DNA of 64,000 nucleotides, taken from positions 2,018,107 through 2,082,106 of the forward strand of contig OZ242166.1 in the NCBI GenBank assembly GCA_965205325.1. The letters are read 5' to 3'. The translations under genes and the position numbers were made by a program. This document shows positions 55,001-63,700 of this stretch, one piece after another; positions within the stretch are counted from its first letter, which is position 1; each line of letters opens with the position of its first letter. Under the pieces are notes generated by a model that did not search any database, was not told the DNA's origin, and saw only the letters and a program-made list of their open reading frames with translations. This DNA comes from Dehalococcoidia bacterium (GTDB taxonomy: Bacteria > Chloroflexota > Dehalococcoidia > Lucifugimonadales > Lucifugimonadaceae).

Positions 55001-55840
55001 TCAAACCCCGTACTCCTCCAACTTTCTCCGCAAAAATGCCGCGGCCAAAGGCACCGCCGATACCTCGTCCAATTCGTCTTGGCCTTCGAATACGACCGAC
55101 ATCCAACCGTTGAAGCCGACTGACTTGATGATCTTCATGATCCGGTCGTAGTCCAGCCAGGCTTCGGATCCCGACGCGATGCGGTAGATCTTGGCCCGGA
55201 CGTGGACAGCACGCGGCGCGGATGCCTCGATCGAACCGTAGAAGTTGTGCTCAACGTCCTCTACTCCGCGTTCGCCCTTTGAAGCGCCGGGGGAACCTCG
55301 GTACTGTCCAGTGTCGAGAATGTGGGTGTAGTAGGGATTGTCGACCTCGTCCAGTATGCGGATCACCTGCTCACCCGTTGCCGGGGCACAGCCATGATTG
55401 TGGTTGTGCAATCCCACCATCACGCCTTTGGAAGACCCATACTCTGCGACCTCCTTAGTTGCCGAAACAATCCGCGGCCACACCGTTTCCTCGGTCTCTG
55501 GTTCAGTTATCCAACCCCCGAACGATCGCACCATCTGGATTCCCATCACGTGCGCCACGTCGATCCATTTCTTCATGTTGTCGATCTGGGCTCGCTGCTC
55601 GTTTCCCTCCATGCCGAAGTTGTTGGACACGCCGATGTAGCAGATATGCAGACCAGCTTTCAAACACGCCATTCGTACCTCTTCCAGGTAGTCCCTGCCG
55701 GTCGAAGCGAAATGGGCGAAGTGGATATCGATCCCATCCAGTCGATACTCCTTAGCCTTATCGATCATGCCGAAAAGGTCTATCTCACCCGCGTTGTGGG
55801 TGTCGCGGTAACAGAGTGATTGCAGACTGAGTTTGATCAT
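55001..55840 (-). CDS. Sugar phosphate isomerase/epimerase (xylose-isomerase-like TIM barrel)
   Basis: 279-aa ORF with DGIDIHFAHF, GLHNHNHG and ILDTGQY. Confidence 0.85.
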   Translation of the reverse strand: MIKLSLQSLCYRDTHNAGEIDLFGMIDKAKEYRLDGIDIHFAHFASTGRDYLEEVRMACLKAGLHICYIGVSNNFGMEGNEQRAQIDNMKKWIDVAHVMGIQMVRSFGGWITEPETEETVWPRIVSATKEVAEYGSSKGVMVGLHNHNHGCAPATGEQVIRILDEVDNPYYTHILDTGQYRGSPGASKGERGVEDVEHNFYGSIEASAPRAVHVRAKIYRIASGSEAWLDYDRIMKIIKSVGFNGWMSVVFEGQDELDEVSAVPLAAAFLRRKLEEYGV

Positions 55841-56010
55841 CGGACGCGTACTCCCGTTGGACGGTTTTGGTTGTCAGTTTCCATCGGCAAGGCTACCACT
55901 CCGGTGCGCTGCGCTGAATCGCACTTGCATTCTGGGCGTTCATCTGATGCGGTATCATCGCGTTCAATCAGACGGACACACTCAACTACGATCGAACGGA
56001 GCGTTTTCCT

Positions 56011-57030
56011 ATGGCAGTCAGTACTAATGGCACGGTGGTCGCCGTACCTTCGAAAGCTACGGACACAATCCAGAGGATGGCCGACGCGGCGTCGGCATTT
56101 CTGGCATCTCTCGGCAAACAGGAACTCGCCAAGGCGACGTTCCCATTCGCGGGCGACGAACGATATGAGTGGCACTACACGCCGGTCGGGCGCAACGGGC
56201 TGCTCATTTCTGAGATGGACGGAGCCCAGGCCGATCTCGCCTTCAAGATGATGACGACTGGTTACAGCGAGAGCGGGTACGCCATGGCCCGTCAGATCAT
56301 CCGGTTGGAAACCATCTTGGGCGAGTATGAGGCGATGACGAACAACGTCTCGTCTTGGGACCGGTTGGAAGAGCGGTATTGGTTCAGCGTCTTCGGCGAG
56401 CCGGGGAGCGAAGAGCCTTGGGGTTGGCGCGTCGGCGGACACCACATAGGGATCATCGCAACGGTCGTCGACAATTCCGAACTCTCCATTCATCCTCTGT
56501 TCTTCGGATCGAATCCGGCGGAAGTCAAACATGGGGAACACCTTGGGATGCGGACGCTGGCCGAGGAGGAAGACTGGGCGCGCTCGCTGGTGACTGGCAT
56601 GACCGACGATCAGAAGTCGACGGCGATCGTCGATCCCGTGGCACCGGCGGATATCCTCACGACTGTTGTCCGCGTCACCGACCCCTCGATGACGCCGCAA
56701 GGCATTTCGATAGCCGATCTGTACGATCGTCAACGCGAGGCGTTGATCAAGCTAATCCGACACTACGTTTTTCGGGCAGTGGACGAGGCCGCGAACAACT
56801 ACTGGAATCAACTGGAACGCGAAGGTTGGGACAGCTTGCACTTCGCGTGGGCTGGGCCGCTGGAGCGTTGGCAGGGTCACTACTACAACATTCGGCACGA
56901 CCGTTTTGTGATCGAGTATGACAACACGCAGAACGGCGCGAACCACATCCACTCGGTGCTTCGAGACTACGCGCATGACTTTGGCGAAGACCTTCTCGCT
57001 GCGCATTACAAGGCGTCGCACACGCACTAG
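56011..57030 (+). CDS. DUF3500-family protein
   Basis: 339-aa ORF. YWFSVFGEPGSEEPWGWRVGGHHIG and NHIHSVLRD recalled as DUF3500 hallmarks. Confidence 0.7.
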   Translation: MAVSTNGTVVAVPSKATDTIQRMADAASAFLASLGKQELAKATFPFAGDERYEWHYTPVGRNGLLISEMDGAQADLAFKMMTTGYSESGYAMARQIIRLETILGEYEAMTNNVSSWDRLEERYWFSVFGEPGSEEPWGWRVGGHHIGIIATVVDNSELSIHPLFFGSNPAEVKHGEHLGMRTLAEEEDWARSLVTGMTDDQKSTAIVDPVAPADILTTVVRVTDPSMTPQGISIADLYDRQREALIKLIRHYVFRAVDEAANNYWNQLEREGWDSLHFAWAGPLERWQGHYYNIRHDRFVIEYDNTQNGANHIHSVLRDYAHDFGEDLLAAHYKASHTH

Positions 57031-57114
57031 CACACCACGTGCCGATCTTGTGCCGTCCGGCAAATCAACGCATTTGGGCACTTTGAACGATTTACTTCAC
57101 CGCGCATCGTCCGC

Positions 57115-57540
57115 ATGAGCGAAGCCTACGTCCACCTATCTATACGCCTTCTTGTCGGTGTCATTTGCGCCGCCATTGGAGCCTTCTTCGGAGCTCTGGT
57201 CATCGCGATGATCGTCTCTGGAACGGAAGCTCCCGACACGATCAGAAGCGTTATGAGGATTGCGTTTGTCGCCATGACCGCCGCTGTGGCCTCTCGACTC
57301 GGTTGGTACGGGATTGTAGAAACGCGGCGGCAGACCGTTACGCTGATACTGTCTTCCGTCGTGCTTGGCGTATTCGGATCGTGGTTGGGCTTGCTGATCG
57401 GAGGCACCGTCTTCGAAAATACCGATCTCTACGTCCTCAATCGTGACATCTCTGGTGCTGGTTTCTTTGGGGCAGTCTTCGCTTGCAATATCCCGTCCCT
57501 GGTCCATGCCGCTACTCTGGCGCGCAGACGCGAGATTTGA
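57115..57540 (+). CDS. Hypothetical membrane protein (4 TM segments)
   Basis: 141-aa hydrophobic ORF, followed by a T8 run at 57548..57555. Confidence 0.55.
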   Translation: MSEAYVHLSIRLLVGVICAAIGAFFGALVIAMIVSGTEAPDTIRSVMRIAFVAMTAAVASRLGWYGIVETRRQTVTLILSSVVLGVFGSWLGLLIGGTVFENTDLYVLNRDISGAGFFGAVFACNIPSLVHAATLARRREI

Positions 57541-57637
57541 TCGTCGGTTTTTTTTGCGAACCATGATGGGATGATTTGGGATGATTTGAATGATGGGTTT
57601 TGGTTGTTTGGGGGATTGCGGTGTGGGAGTCCATCTT

Positions 57638-57724
57638 GCCCCGCTCCTCCCCTGGCCTCACCCGAAACCCCCTCTTAATCTCCCCCTTGAAAGGGGGAGG
57701 GGCGGGTTGACCGGGAGAGGGGTG
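57638..57724 (+). repeat. Family C-type repeat cluster (gccccgctcctcccc... + CTCCCCCTTgaaAAGGGGGAG hairpin)
   Basis: The 5' part matches 15522..15540. Hairpin at 57680..57698. Confidence 0.75.
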
Positions 57725-57737
57725 GTCTCCCTTCCAT

Positions 57738-57767
57738 CCTTGGGTTCCCGCTTTTGCGGGAGTGACG
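57738..57767 (+). repeat. Family A hairpin repeat, covarying variant (ccttgggTTCCCGCttttGCGGGAGtgacg)
   Basis: Same architecture as the canonical A repeat. Stem position GG:CC is changed to CG:CG while keeping pairing. Confidence 0.7.
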
Positions 57768-58005
57768 TGCGAGTGCGGGCGCGTTTATATGGCCACTTTT
57801 GGGGTGGCTCCTCCCCCTGCGCCTTTTCAGGGGCGCAGGGTTGTCCTCGTCTTCTGGTTTCGGTTACGTCGCCATTTGATGTGACCTAGGAGGTCGGGTC
57901 GTGGGGCCCGTAGGAACTGGCCCTCTCCTGAGCTCGGGTCCTTGTACATGGACCTTTGCTCCTTCCCTCTCCATCGCCTCTTCCCTCGCGGGCACGTTCG
58001 CCCAG

Positions 58006-58039
58006 CCCCGCTGGGTTCCGGCTTCCGCCGGAATGACGG
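58006..58039 (+). repeat. Family A hairpin repeat
   Basis: ccccgctgggTTCCGGCttccGCCGGAAtgacgg, followed by a partial duplicate aagcggccggaattacgg. Confidence 0.8.
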
Positions 58040-58344
58040 AAGCGGCCGGAATTACGGTGGTCGTGGGTAGAGGGCGACCCCGGAGAGGGGTCAGTCGCTG
58101 CGCAGAGCGGTGTGTCAGACCGCTAGCAACCTTTACCAGTCGCGGCACGCGTCGCCAGACCGCGTGCTTGGTCGGCGGCTGGGCGCTTGGGGACACCATT
58201 CGGAATGCGCCGCCTTCCTTCGATCGGCCCTTACGAGCCTCTCTCGCGCTGTAGCCTCCCTCCTGTGATGGGCAGGAGTAGACGTCTGTCGGCTCCACGT
58301 GTGGTCTCCCGGCCCTTGGCACGGCGTCCGTTGAACCCCTCTGC

Positions 58345-58402
58345 ATCTCCCCTTGGAAAGGGGAGGGAAGAAGTATCTCCCCTTGAAAAGGGGAGGGAAA
58401 AA
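58345..58402 (+). repeat. Two tandem 30-nt units, each a hairpin (atCTCCCCTTgraaAAGGGGAGggaa)
   Basis: Units at 58345..58370 and 58375..58400. Confidence 0.8.
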
Positions 58403-58815
58403 GGTTCAAGGGACGCGTGCTGGCTCGATTGGCGATGCGGGACTGACGCGTCGCGCTCCGGGAACTGGGCCTCCCACGCTTCGGCACGGACCCGCACAGC
58501 CTTGCGACGGATGTCCGATCCGTCGAGGGACGCCACCAGCTGACACGTAGACGCCGCGACACGGCGCAGGTGTTGACTACGCCTTTTATGTCTGTCTTTG
58601 CCTTCATGTCCTCACGTTTACTCCCTGCAGCCGCTTGGGTCGGGGGTCTGCACACGTCTGCGCAGCGCTGTGTCGATCCGTCGATCATATGTTGTTTTTA
58701 TAACAGTTGTCGAGAGTTGTCAAGTGTGTTTCTGAACTGGGATGTTAAGGATTTTGAAGGATTGGGATGATGTGTGTGTGTTGGATGTTGGGGTTGTGTT
58801 GGGTTGGGGTAGTCT

Positions 58816-58890
58816 GGCCCCTCCCGTCCCCTCGCCCTCACCCCCGGCCCCTCTCCCGCTGTTGTCGGGTGTTTTGGGGGAGAGGGGGGA
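58816..58890 (+). repeat. Family C-type repeat (ggcccctcccgtcccctcgccctcacccccggCCCCTCTCCC...GGGGGAGAGGGG)
   Basis: Long-loop hairpin flanked by GT-rich modules. Confidence 0.75.
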
Positions 58891-58933
58891 TTGTAGTCGA
58901 TGGAGGTGTTGGTTGGTGTTTGGGGGCGTTGGG

Positions 58934-58979
58934 TCCCCCTTTGTCCTTCGGACATTTCCCCCGTGAACGGGGGAAACCC
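58934..58979 (+). repeat. Family B double-hairpin repeat
   Basis: tccccctttGTCCttcGGACaTTTCCCCCGtgaaCGGGGGAAAccc. Confidence 0.85.
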
Positions 58980-59411
58980 TAGAGTTGTGCAAAGGTCTCC
59001 CAGCGGGAGGGGGGAGTATGTTCGTGGGGGATGGAGGTTTTAGTTGGTGTTTGGGAGATGTTGGAGGATTGGTGGTTGCGGTGTGTGGGGATTGGGGAGA
59101 GTGGTTGGGTTGGTGGTTGTTGGGGTTTTTCCGCCTCGGCGGGCATACCCCGCTTCCTTCGGTCGCGCCCCTTTCGCCACGAAAGGGGCAGGGCCGTTCA
59201 CGAACGGCCCATGCGGGGTGGCATACTGCACGTGGTTCATGAACGATCGATACATCGATTTGAAGGGAATTGGGAAGCGTTTTTCGGTGTAATCACATTG
59301 TTGTCGATTTTGGGTTAAGATTCCTGCACCGTTTGCGAGTGACTCTGACTCGGTGGGTGAATTCGCCCCTGATCCGAGTTCAACCGCTTAAACACATAGT
59401 GGAGGGTAACC

Positions 59412-61631
59412 ATGTCCCGAAACAAGATATTCAAGTTTGCGATTTTACCGATCGCCGCCGTGGTGTCTGCGATCGCTCTGTTCGCTTGCGCCGGGGAAAC
59501 CGTTATCCAGACGGTTGAAGTCCCGGTAGAACGGCAAGTGGAGGTGCGCGTTGTTGAGACCGTGGTTGTGGAGAAAGAGGTGCAGGTTGCAGGACAGACA
59601 GTCATCCAGACTGTCGTCGTTCCAGTAGAACGCGAAGTCGAGGTCAGAGTCGTCGAGACTGTCGTCGTAGAACGCGAACGCGTCGTCGAGGGCAGGACAG
59701 TTGTGGAGACTGTCGTAGTCGAACGCGAAGTCGTCAGGGAAGTCGAGAAAGAGGTCGCGGTTGAGGTCGAGGTTGTGAAGGAAGTCCCTGTCGAAGTCGA
59801 GGTTGTGAAAGAGGTCGAGGTCGTCAAGGAAGTTGAGAAGGAAGTGGTTAAGGAGGTTGAAAAGGTCGTTATCGCTTCGCCGACACCGGCTCCTGAGACC
59901 TTCTACGGCCTTCCGATCCCGGTGGCAGCACCGACGATCAGCGAGCCGCCCGATCCCCTAACTGGATCAGACACCGTCGTGATCCGGACTGGATTGGAAC
60001 TGCGCGGCAGCGGTATCCCTGGTGATCCCACGGGTGGAATGTTCACGGGACAGAGCGTGACCGAGAAGTTCTTCTTAACGGACGAGAGCGGCAACGCGGT
60101 TAACCAAGTGATTACTGGTTGGGAGCTTGTAGACGATGCCGATGCGATCGGCGGTCAAGCGCTCATCTTCAACATCAAGCCGAACGTGCCTTTCCACAAC
60201 CATTGGGGCGAGTTCGGCAACCTGAGCGCAGATGACGTCGTTTGGGCCTACAACAAGGGCAACCCGGGATACAACCCCGAGTCGGCGACGGACGGCGGTT
60301 CGAACTGGGTGGCGTTCATCGGCAACCAGCCGTTGACGAAGATCGATGACATGACCGTGCGGGTCCCATTGCAGGAGTATGACGTCCGCTGGCAGACCTT
60401 CATGTTCGGTCAGGGCGGTCTTGGCCTGAGCATCACGAGCAAGAATGCGTTTGACATGATGGGCGAGGACTGGGTGCGAGAGCACGTGGTCGGCACTGGC
60501 CCATACATGGTCGAAGAGTATGCGTACGACGCGACGCTGCAGTTGAGGGCGGTCCAAGACCACCATCGCAAGACTCCGGCAGTCGACCGGATCATCTACG
60601 AACCGATCACTGAGGACGCGGTCGCCGAGGCAGGTCTTCGAAACGGCAGCCTTGACGTTGCGGCAGTCGACCTTCGGAACTACCCGACCTTGACGCAAGA
60701 AGGCTTCGAGATCATCGGAGCCGGCGCGGGTTCGTTCCACTCGATCTCGTTCTCTGGCAACTACTGGCAGGACACGATCTACACGGCCGACCCCGACGAC
60801 GTTGAGACGCCAATCGAGTTGCACGCTACGGTGCGCCACCACATTCCGTGGATCGGCGACCCGCGTCGTGATGGTTTCGGTAACCCGCCGGAAGGATTCA
60901 CCAGCATGACGCGTGCTGCGCATGTGCGGCAGGCGTTGTCGTTCGCGATTGACCGTTCACTGATCGCCGAGGTTCTGTTCTCGAACGCTGCCTGGCCGAA
61001 CTACGTGTACGGTCACGACATCAACAACGCGAACTGGCAAGACAAGTGGAACGTGGAGTACAACCCTGAACTGGCTGGACAAATGCTGGATGAGGCTGGA
61101 TATCCGAAGAACGACAACGGTATCCGATTCGAGATGCCGTTCTTCATCCGAATAGGAAGAGGTGATGAAGAGATTGGCACCGCAGTCGTCGGTATGTGGC
61201 GAGAGCTGGGTATCGACATGCAGGACTGGAAGGCGCAGTACCAGACGTACAGACCGAGCCTGATTGGTCGGACGGCGACGGCTCCGTGGATTCACTCTGC
61301 GGGCGCTGAGGCTCCACACGCTCCGTGGGACTGGCCGGTGGTGAGCAACTCCGAGTGTTCAGGTGGGCGCCCGGGCTTCAACATCGGTATCGAGATCCAG
61401 GAACTTTGTGAATGGGGCACGGAGATGAACCAGACGCAGGACAAGGCGGGACGGATCGCAATCCGTAACCAGATGGCAGATTTCCTCCACATGTGGAACC
61501 CGGCCATCGGAACCGTCGCGAGGCCGAACGTAGCGTTGGTGAATCCCAACAAGATCGAATCTTGGGATATGCCGCAAGCGGTACGTGAAGCTGCCCTGCA
61601 CCATCCAGAGTTCATCATCACCGTGCAGTGA
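59412..61631 (+). CDS. Family 5 ABC solute-binding lipoprotein with long Val/Glu-repeat tether
   Basis: 739-aa ORF with GGAGGG 6 nt upstream. Lipobox LFAC|AG. A 126-aa V/E repeat, followed by an SBP_bac_5-like body. Confidence 0.9.
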   Translation: MSRNKIFKFAILPIAAVVSAIALFACAGETVIQTVEVPVERQVEVRVVETVVVEKEVQVAGQTVIQTVVVPVEREVEVRVVETVVVERERVVEGRTVVETVVVEREVVREVEKEVAVEVEVVKEVPVEVEVVKEVEVVKEVEKEVVKEVEKVVIASPTPAPETFYGLPIPVAAPTISEPPDPLTGSDTVVIRTGLELRGSGIPGDPTGGMFTGQSVTEKFFLTDESGNAVNQVITGWELVDDADAIGGQALIFNIKPNVPFHNHWGEFGNLSADDVVWAYNKGNPGYNPESATDGGSNWVAFIGNQPLTKIDDMTVRVPLQEYDVRWQTFMFGQGGLGLSITSKNAFDMMGEDWVREHVVGTGPYMVEEYAYDATLQLRAVQDHHRKTPAVDRIIYEPITEDAVAEAGLRNGSLDVAAVDLRNYPTLTQEGFEIIGAGAGSFHSISFSGNYWQDTIYTADPDDVETPIELHATVRHHIPWIGDPRRDGFGNPPEGFTSMTRAAHVRQALSFAIDRSLIAEVLFSNAAWPNYVYGHDINNANWQDKWNVEYNPELAGQMLDEAGYPKNDNGIRFEMPFFIRIGRGDEEIGTAVVGMWRELGIDMQDWKAQYQTYRPSLIGRTATAPWIHSAGAEAPHAPWDWPVVSNSECSGGRPGFNIGIEIQELCEWGTEMNQTQDKAGRIAIRNQMADFLHMWNPAIGTVARPNVALVNPNKIESWDMPQAVREAALHHPEFIITVQ
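59496..59873 (+). repeat. Coding Val/Glu-alternating repeat with an internal ~33-aa duplication
   Basis: ETVIQTVEVPVERQVEVRVVETVVVEKE and QTVIQTVVVPVEREVEVRVVETVVVERE, then EVVKEVEKEVV-type units. Confidence 0.9.
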
Positions 61632-61680
61632 TCGCTTCTCCGGGATCGAGCTGAAGGCTCAATTGCTGAAGAAGTTGAGT

Positions 61681-61704
61681 GGCGCGGCCCTTCGGGGTCG
61701 CGCC
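61681..61704 (+). terminator. 10-bp GC hairpin with UUCG loop between the SBP and permease genes
   Basis: GGCGCGGCCC-ttcg-GGGTCGCGCC (one G-U pair). No U-tract. Position typical of an intra-operon attenuator or stabiliser. Confidence 0.4.
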
Positions 61705-61791
61705 GCTCATCATTGACCGCGGTTGAACTCATGACATAAACGATTTCATCGAAGCAGAACCACCGCGCTCTGCCGGATGATGTGAAAACGA

Positions 61792-62745
61792 ATGTATCAG
61801 TTTCTCGCAAGACGTATTTCGACGATGGTGATCTCATTGCTCGGGGCCACAATCGTTGTGTTCGGGTTGGCACACGCCAAAGACGATCCGATCAACGTAT
61901 TTATCCGTGCCGAAGGGTACGCGATCGGCCCTGAACAGATCGCTGCGTTGCGTGAAAAATGGGGCCTCGATAAACCGATAGTGCTGCAGTACGCGACGTG
62001 GTTGGGCAATATTCTTCGTGCCGATCTCGGCCGGAGTGTCGGCACCAACCGAAAAGTGACGGATATTCTGCGAGAACGCTGGCCCGCTACGATGCAACTG
62101 GCGGTTGGCGCTTGGATCGTAGGCACGTTCGTCGGCGTACCGCTGGGGATCCTCTCGGCGATGCGGCGAGCGTCGATCCTGGACTATTTCCTGCGGGCGT
62201 TCGCGTTGTCGGGCCAGTCTGTGCCGGCGTTTTGGGTGGGCATAGTTGGGATTTGGGTCTTCGCGGTCTATTTGGGTTGGTTGCCGGTTCCGACGTTCTA
62301 CGGACGGACGGATGCGAGTTTCTTCGGGCAGTTCCAGTATTGGGTCATGCCAGTGCTTGTGCTCGCTTGGGGACCGATCGCGGGTTATCTGCGTATCACC
62401 AGATCTGCGATGTTGGAGGTGTTGGATTCGGAGTACATCAAACTTGCTCGTGCCAAGGGTATGGGGTACGGTCGCGTGGTGGCCAAGCACGCTTTCCGCA
62501 ACGCGTTGATTCAGCCTCTAACGGTTTCGGCATTGCTTCTTGCGGGATTTATGGACGGTGCGGTGTTGGTGGAGAACGTCTTTGTGTGGCCGGGTGTGGG
62601 ACAGATTGCCGTTGCGGCGGTCAACGACAACGATTTCACGTTGCTTACCGGCATCGTTTTGCTCTTTACGATCTTGTATCTGGCAATGAGTTTCGCCTCG
62701 GACCTGCTTTATGTGGTGATCGATCCTCGGATCAGGCTTGACTAA
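61792..62745 (+). CDS. ABC importer permease (OppB/DppB-like)
   Basis: 317-aa ORF. The N-terminal MYQFLARRISTMVISLLGATIVVF is the typical hydrophobic start. C-terminal VIDPRIRLD. Confidence 0.9.
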   Translation: MYQFLARRISTMVISLLGATIVVFGLAHAKDDPINVFIRAEGYAIGPEQIAALREKWGLDKPIVLQYATWLGNILRADLGRSVGTNRKVTDILRERWPATMQLAVGAWIVGTFVGVPLGILSAMRRASILDYFLRAFALSGQSVPAFWVGIVGIWVFAVYLGWLPVPTFYGRTDASFFGQFQYWVMPVLVLAWGPIAGYLRITRSAMLEVLDSEYIKLARAKGMGYGRVVAKHAFRNALIQPLTVSALLLAGFMDGAVLVENVFVWPGVGQIAVAAVNDNDFTLLTGIVLLFTILYLAMSFASDLLYVVIDPRIRLD

Positions 62746-63677
62746 TGGCAACCGCTGAGCGCGTACAAGAAAGATCGATGAAGCCGGTGGAGCTGGTTGT
62801 TCGCTCGCCGCTGATCGCGTGGGATTTCCTGCGGCGTTGGCCAGTTATTCCGGGTTTTGTGATCGTGATGTTTGGGCTTGCGACGATATTCACGCACCAG
62901 TTCGCTACTGACGATCCGAACAAACAAAACCTGCGCGGGAGTTTCGCGCCGCCGACCTGGTATGACGAGTATTACGAAAACAATGAACGCCTAGACCGTC
63001 GATATCTCTTGGGAGCAGACCAACACGGGCGGGATATCTACTCGCGGCTGGTGCATGGCACGAGGGTGTCGATCATTGTCACGTTCGCGGCGGCGGTGAT
63101 CGGGATGACGATGGGATTATGGGCGGGTATCGCTTCTGGTTGGTTTGGCGGATGGTTCGATGAGGTGATGACGAGGTTTGTGGACGTTTGGAATGGCTTG
63201 CCATTTCTGCTGGTGGCGCTGGTGGTTGCGATTACGATCGGCACTGGTTTGATGGTGTTGATCGGGTTGTTGGTGATGGCGACTTGGGTCGGGTTGGTGA
63301 GGAATATCCGGGCTGAGGTCTTGACGCTGAAGACGCGTGACTATGTTGCCGCGGCTCGTGTTGCTGGTGGCGGGGATTTCAGGATTATGTATAGGCATAT
63401 TTTGCCGGGGGTCGTCAACCTTCTGATGGTGTTGGCTAGCCTTCGTATCGGCGGGTTGATCTTGGCTGAGGCCTCTCTCAGTTATCTCGGCATCGGTGTA
63501 CCGTCGCGCTACCCATCGTGGGGGAACATGATCAGCGACGGTCGCGAGTTCCTCGACACGGCGTGGTGGGTATCCATCTCTCCCGGTTTTTGCATCTTCC
63601 TTGTTGTGATGTCGTTTAACTTTGTCGGTGACTGGGTTAGGGACAAGACTGATCCGCGATTGCGGCAGATCAGGTAA
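62745..63677 (+). CDS. ABC importer permease (OppC/DppC-like)
   Basis: 310-aa ORF with LLGADQHGRDIYSRLVHG. 1-nt overlap with the upstream gene. Confidence 0.9.
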   Translation: MATAERVQERSMKPVELVVRSPLIAWDFLRRWPVIPGFVIVMFGLATIFTHQFATDDPNKQNLRGSFAPPTWYDEYYENNERLDRRYLLGADQHGRDIYSRLVHGTRVSIIVTFAAAVIGMTMGLWAGIASGWFGGWFDEVMTRFVDVWNGLPFLLVALVVAITIGTGLMVLIGLLVMATWVGLVRNIRAEVLTLKTRDYVAAARVAGGGDFRIMYRHILPGVVNLLMVLASLRIGGLILAEASLSYLGIGVPSRYPSWGNMISDGREFLDTAWWVSISPGFCIFLVVMSFNFVGDWVRDKTDPRLRQIR

Positions 63678-63700
63678 CGCTAAGGAAGGGGATTTGAACG

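Noticed and set aside
58207-58225. SRP-RNA-like string GAUCGAAGGAAGGCGGCGC on the minus strand
   Set aside because: It superficially resembles the helix 8 CCGGAAGGAAGCAGCC motif. However, the loop is not GNRA, the AGCA motif is missing, and the flanks cannot form the extended helix 5/8.
58345-58402. CRISPR array
   Set aside because: Only two 26-nt units with a 4-nt spacer. The units are self-complementary hairpins related to family C repeats. No cas genes are present in the window.
57864-58688. 274-aa ORF in the repeat-dense block
   Set aside because: Arg/Pro/Ser-rich, with no domain-like strings. It reads straight through A- and C-type repeats (VIPAASVIPAEAGTQRG, LFPSPFQGE twice). Treated as non-coding, though the region itself is flagged.
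57766-58700. Possible ORF-less group II intron (GUGCG at 57766)
   Set aside because: I could not find a domain V-like 34-nt hairpin with an AGC triad and GNRA loop on either strand, nor a reverse transcriptase ORF. The GUGCG match alone is not meaningful.
59147-59219. tRNA gene
   Set aside because: The size and three-way shape are tRNA-like, but there is no T-loop (GTTCRANYC) and no D-loop. The 7-nt loop lacks U33 and the last hairpin loop is too atypical. No tRNA-like T-arm strings were seen anywhere in the window.
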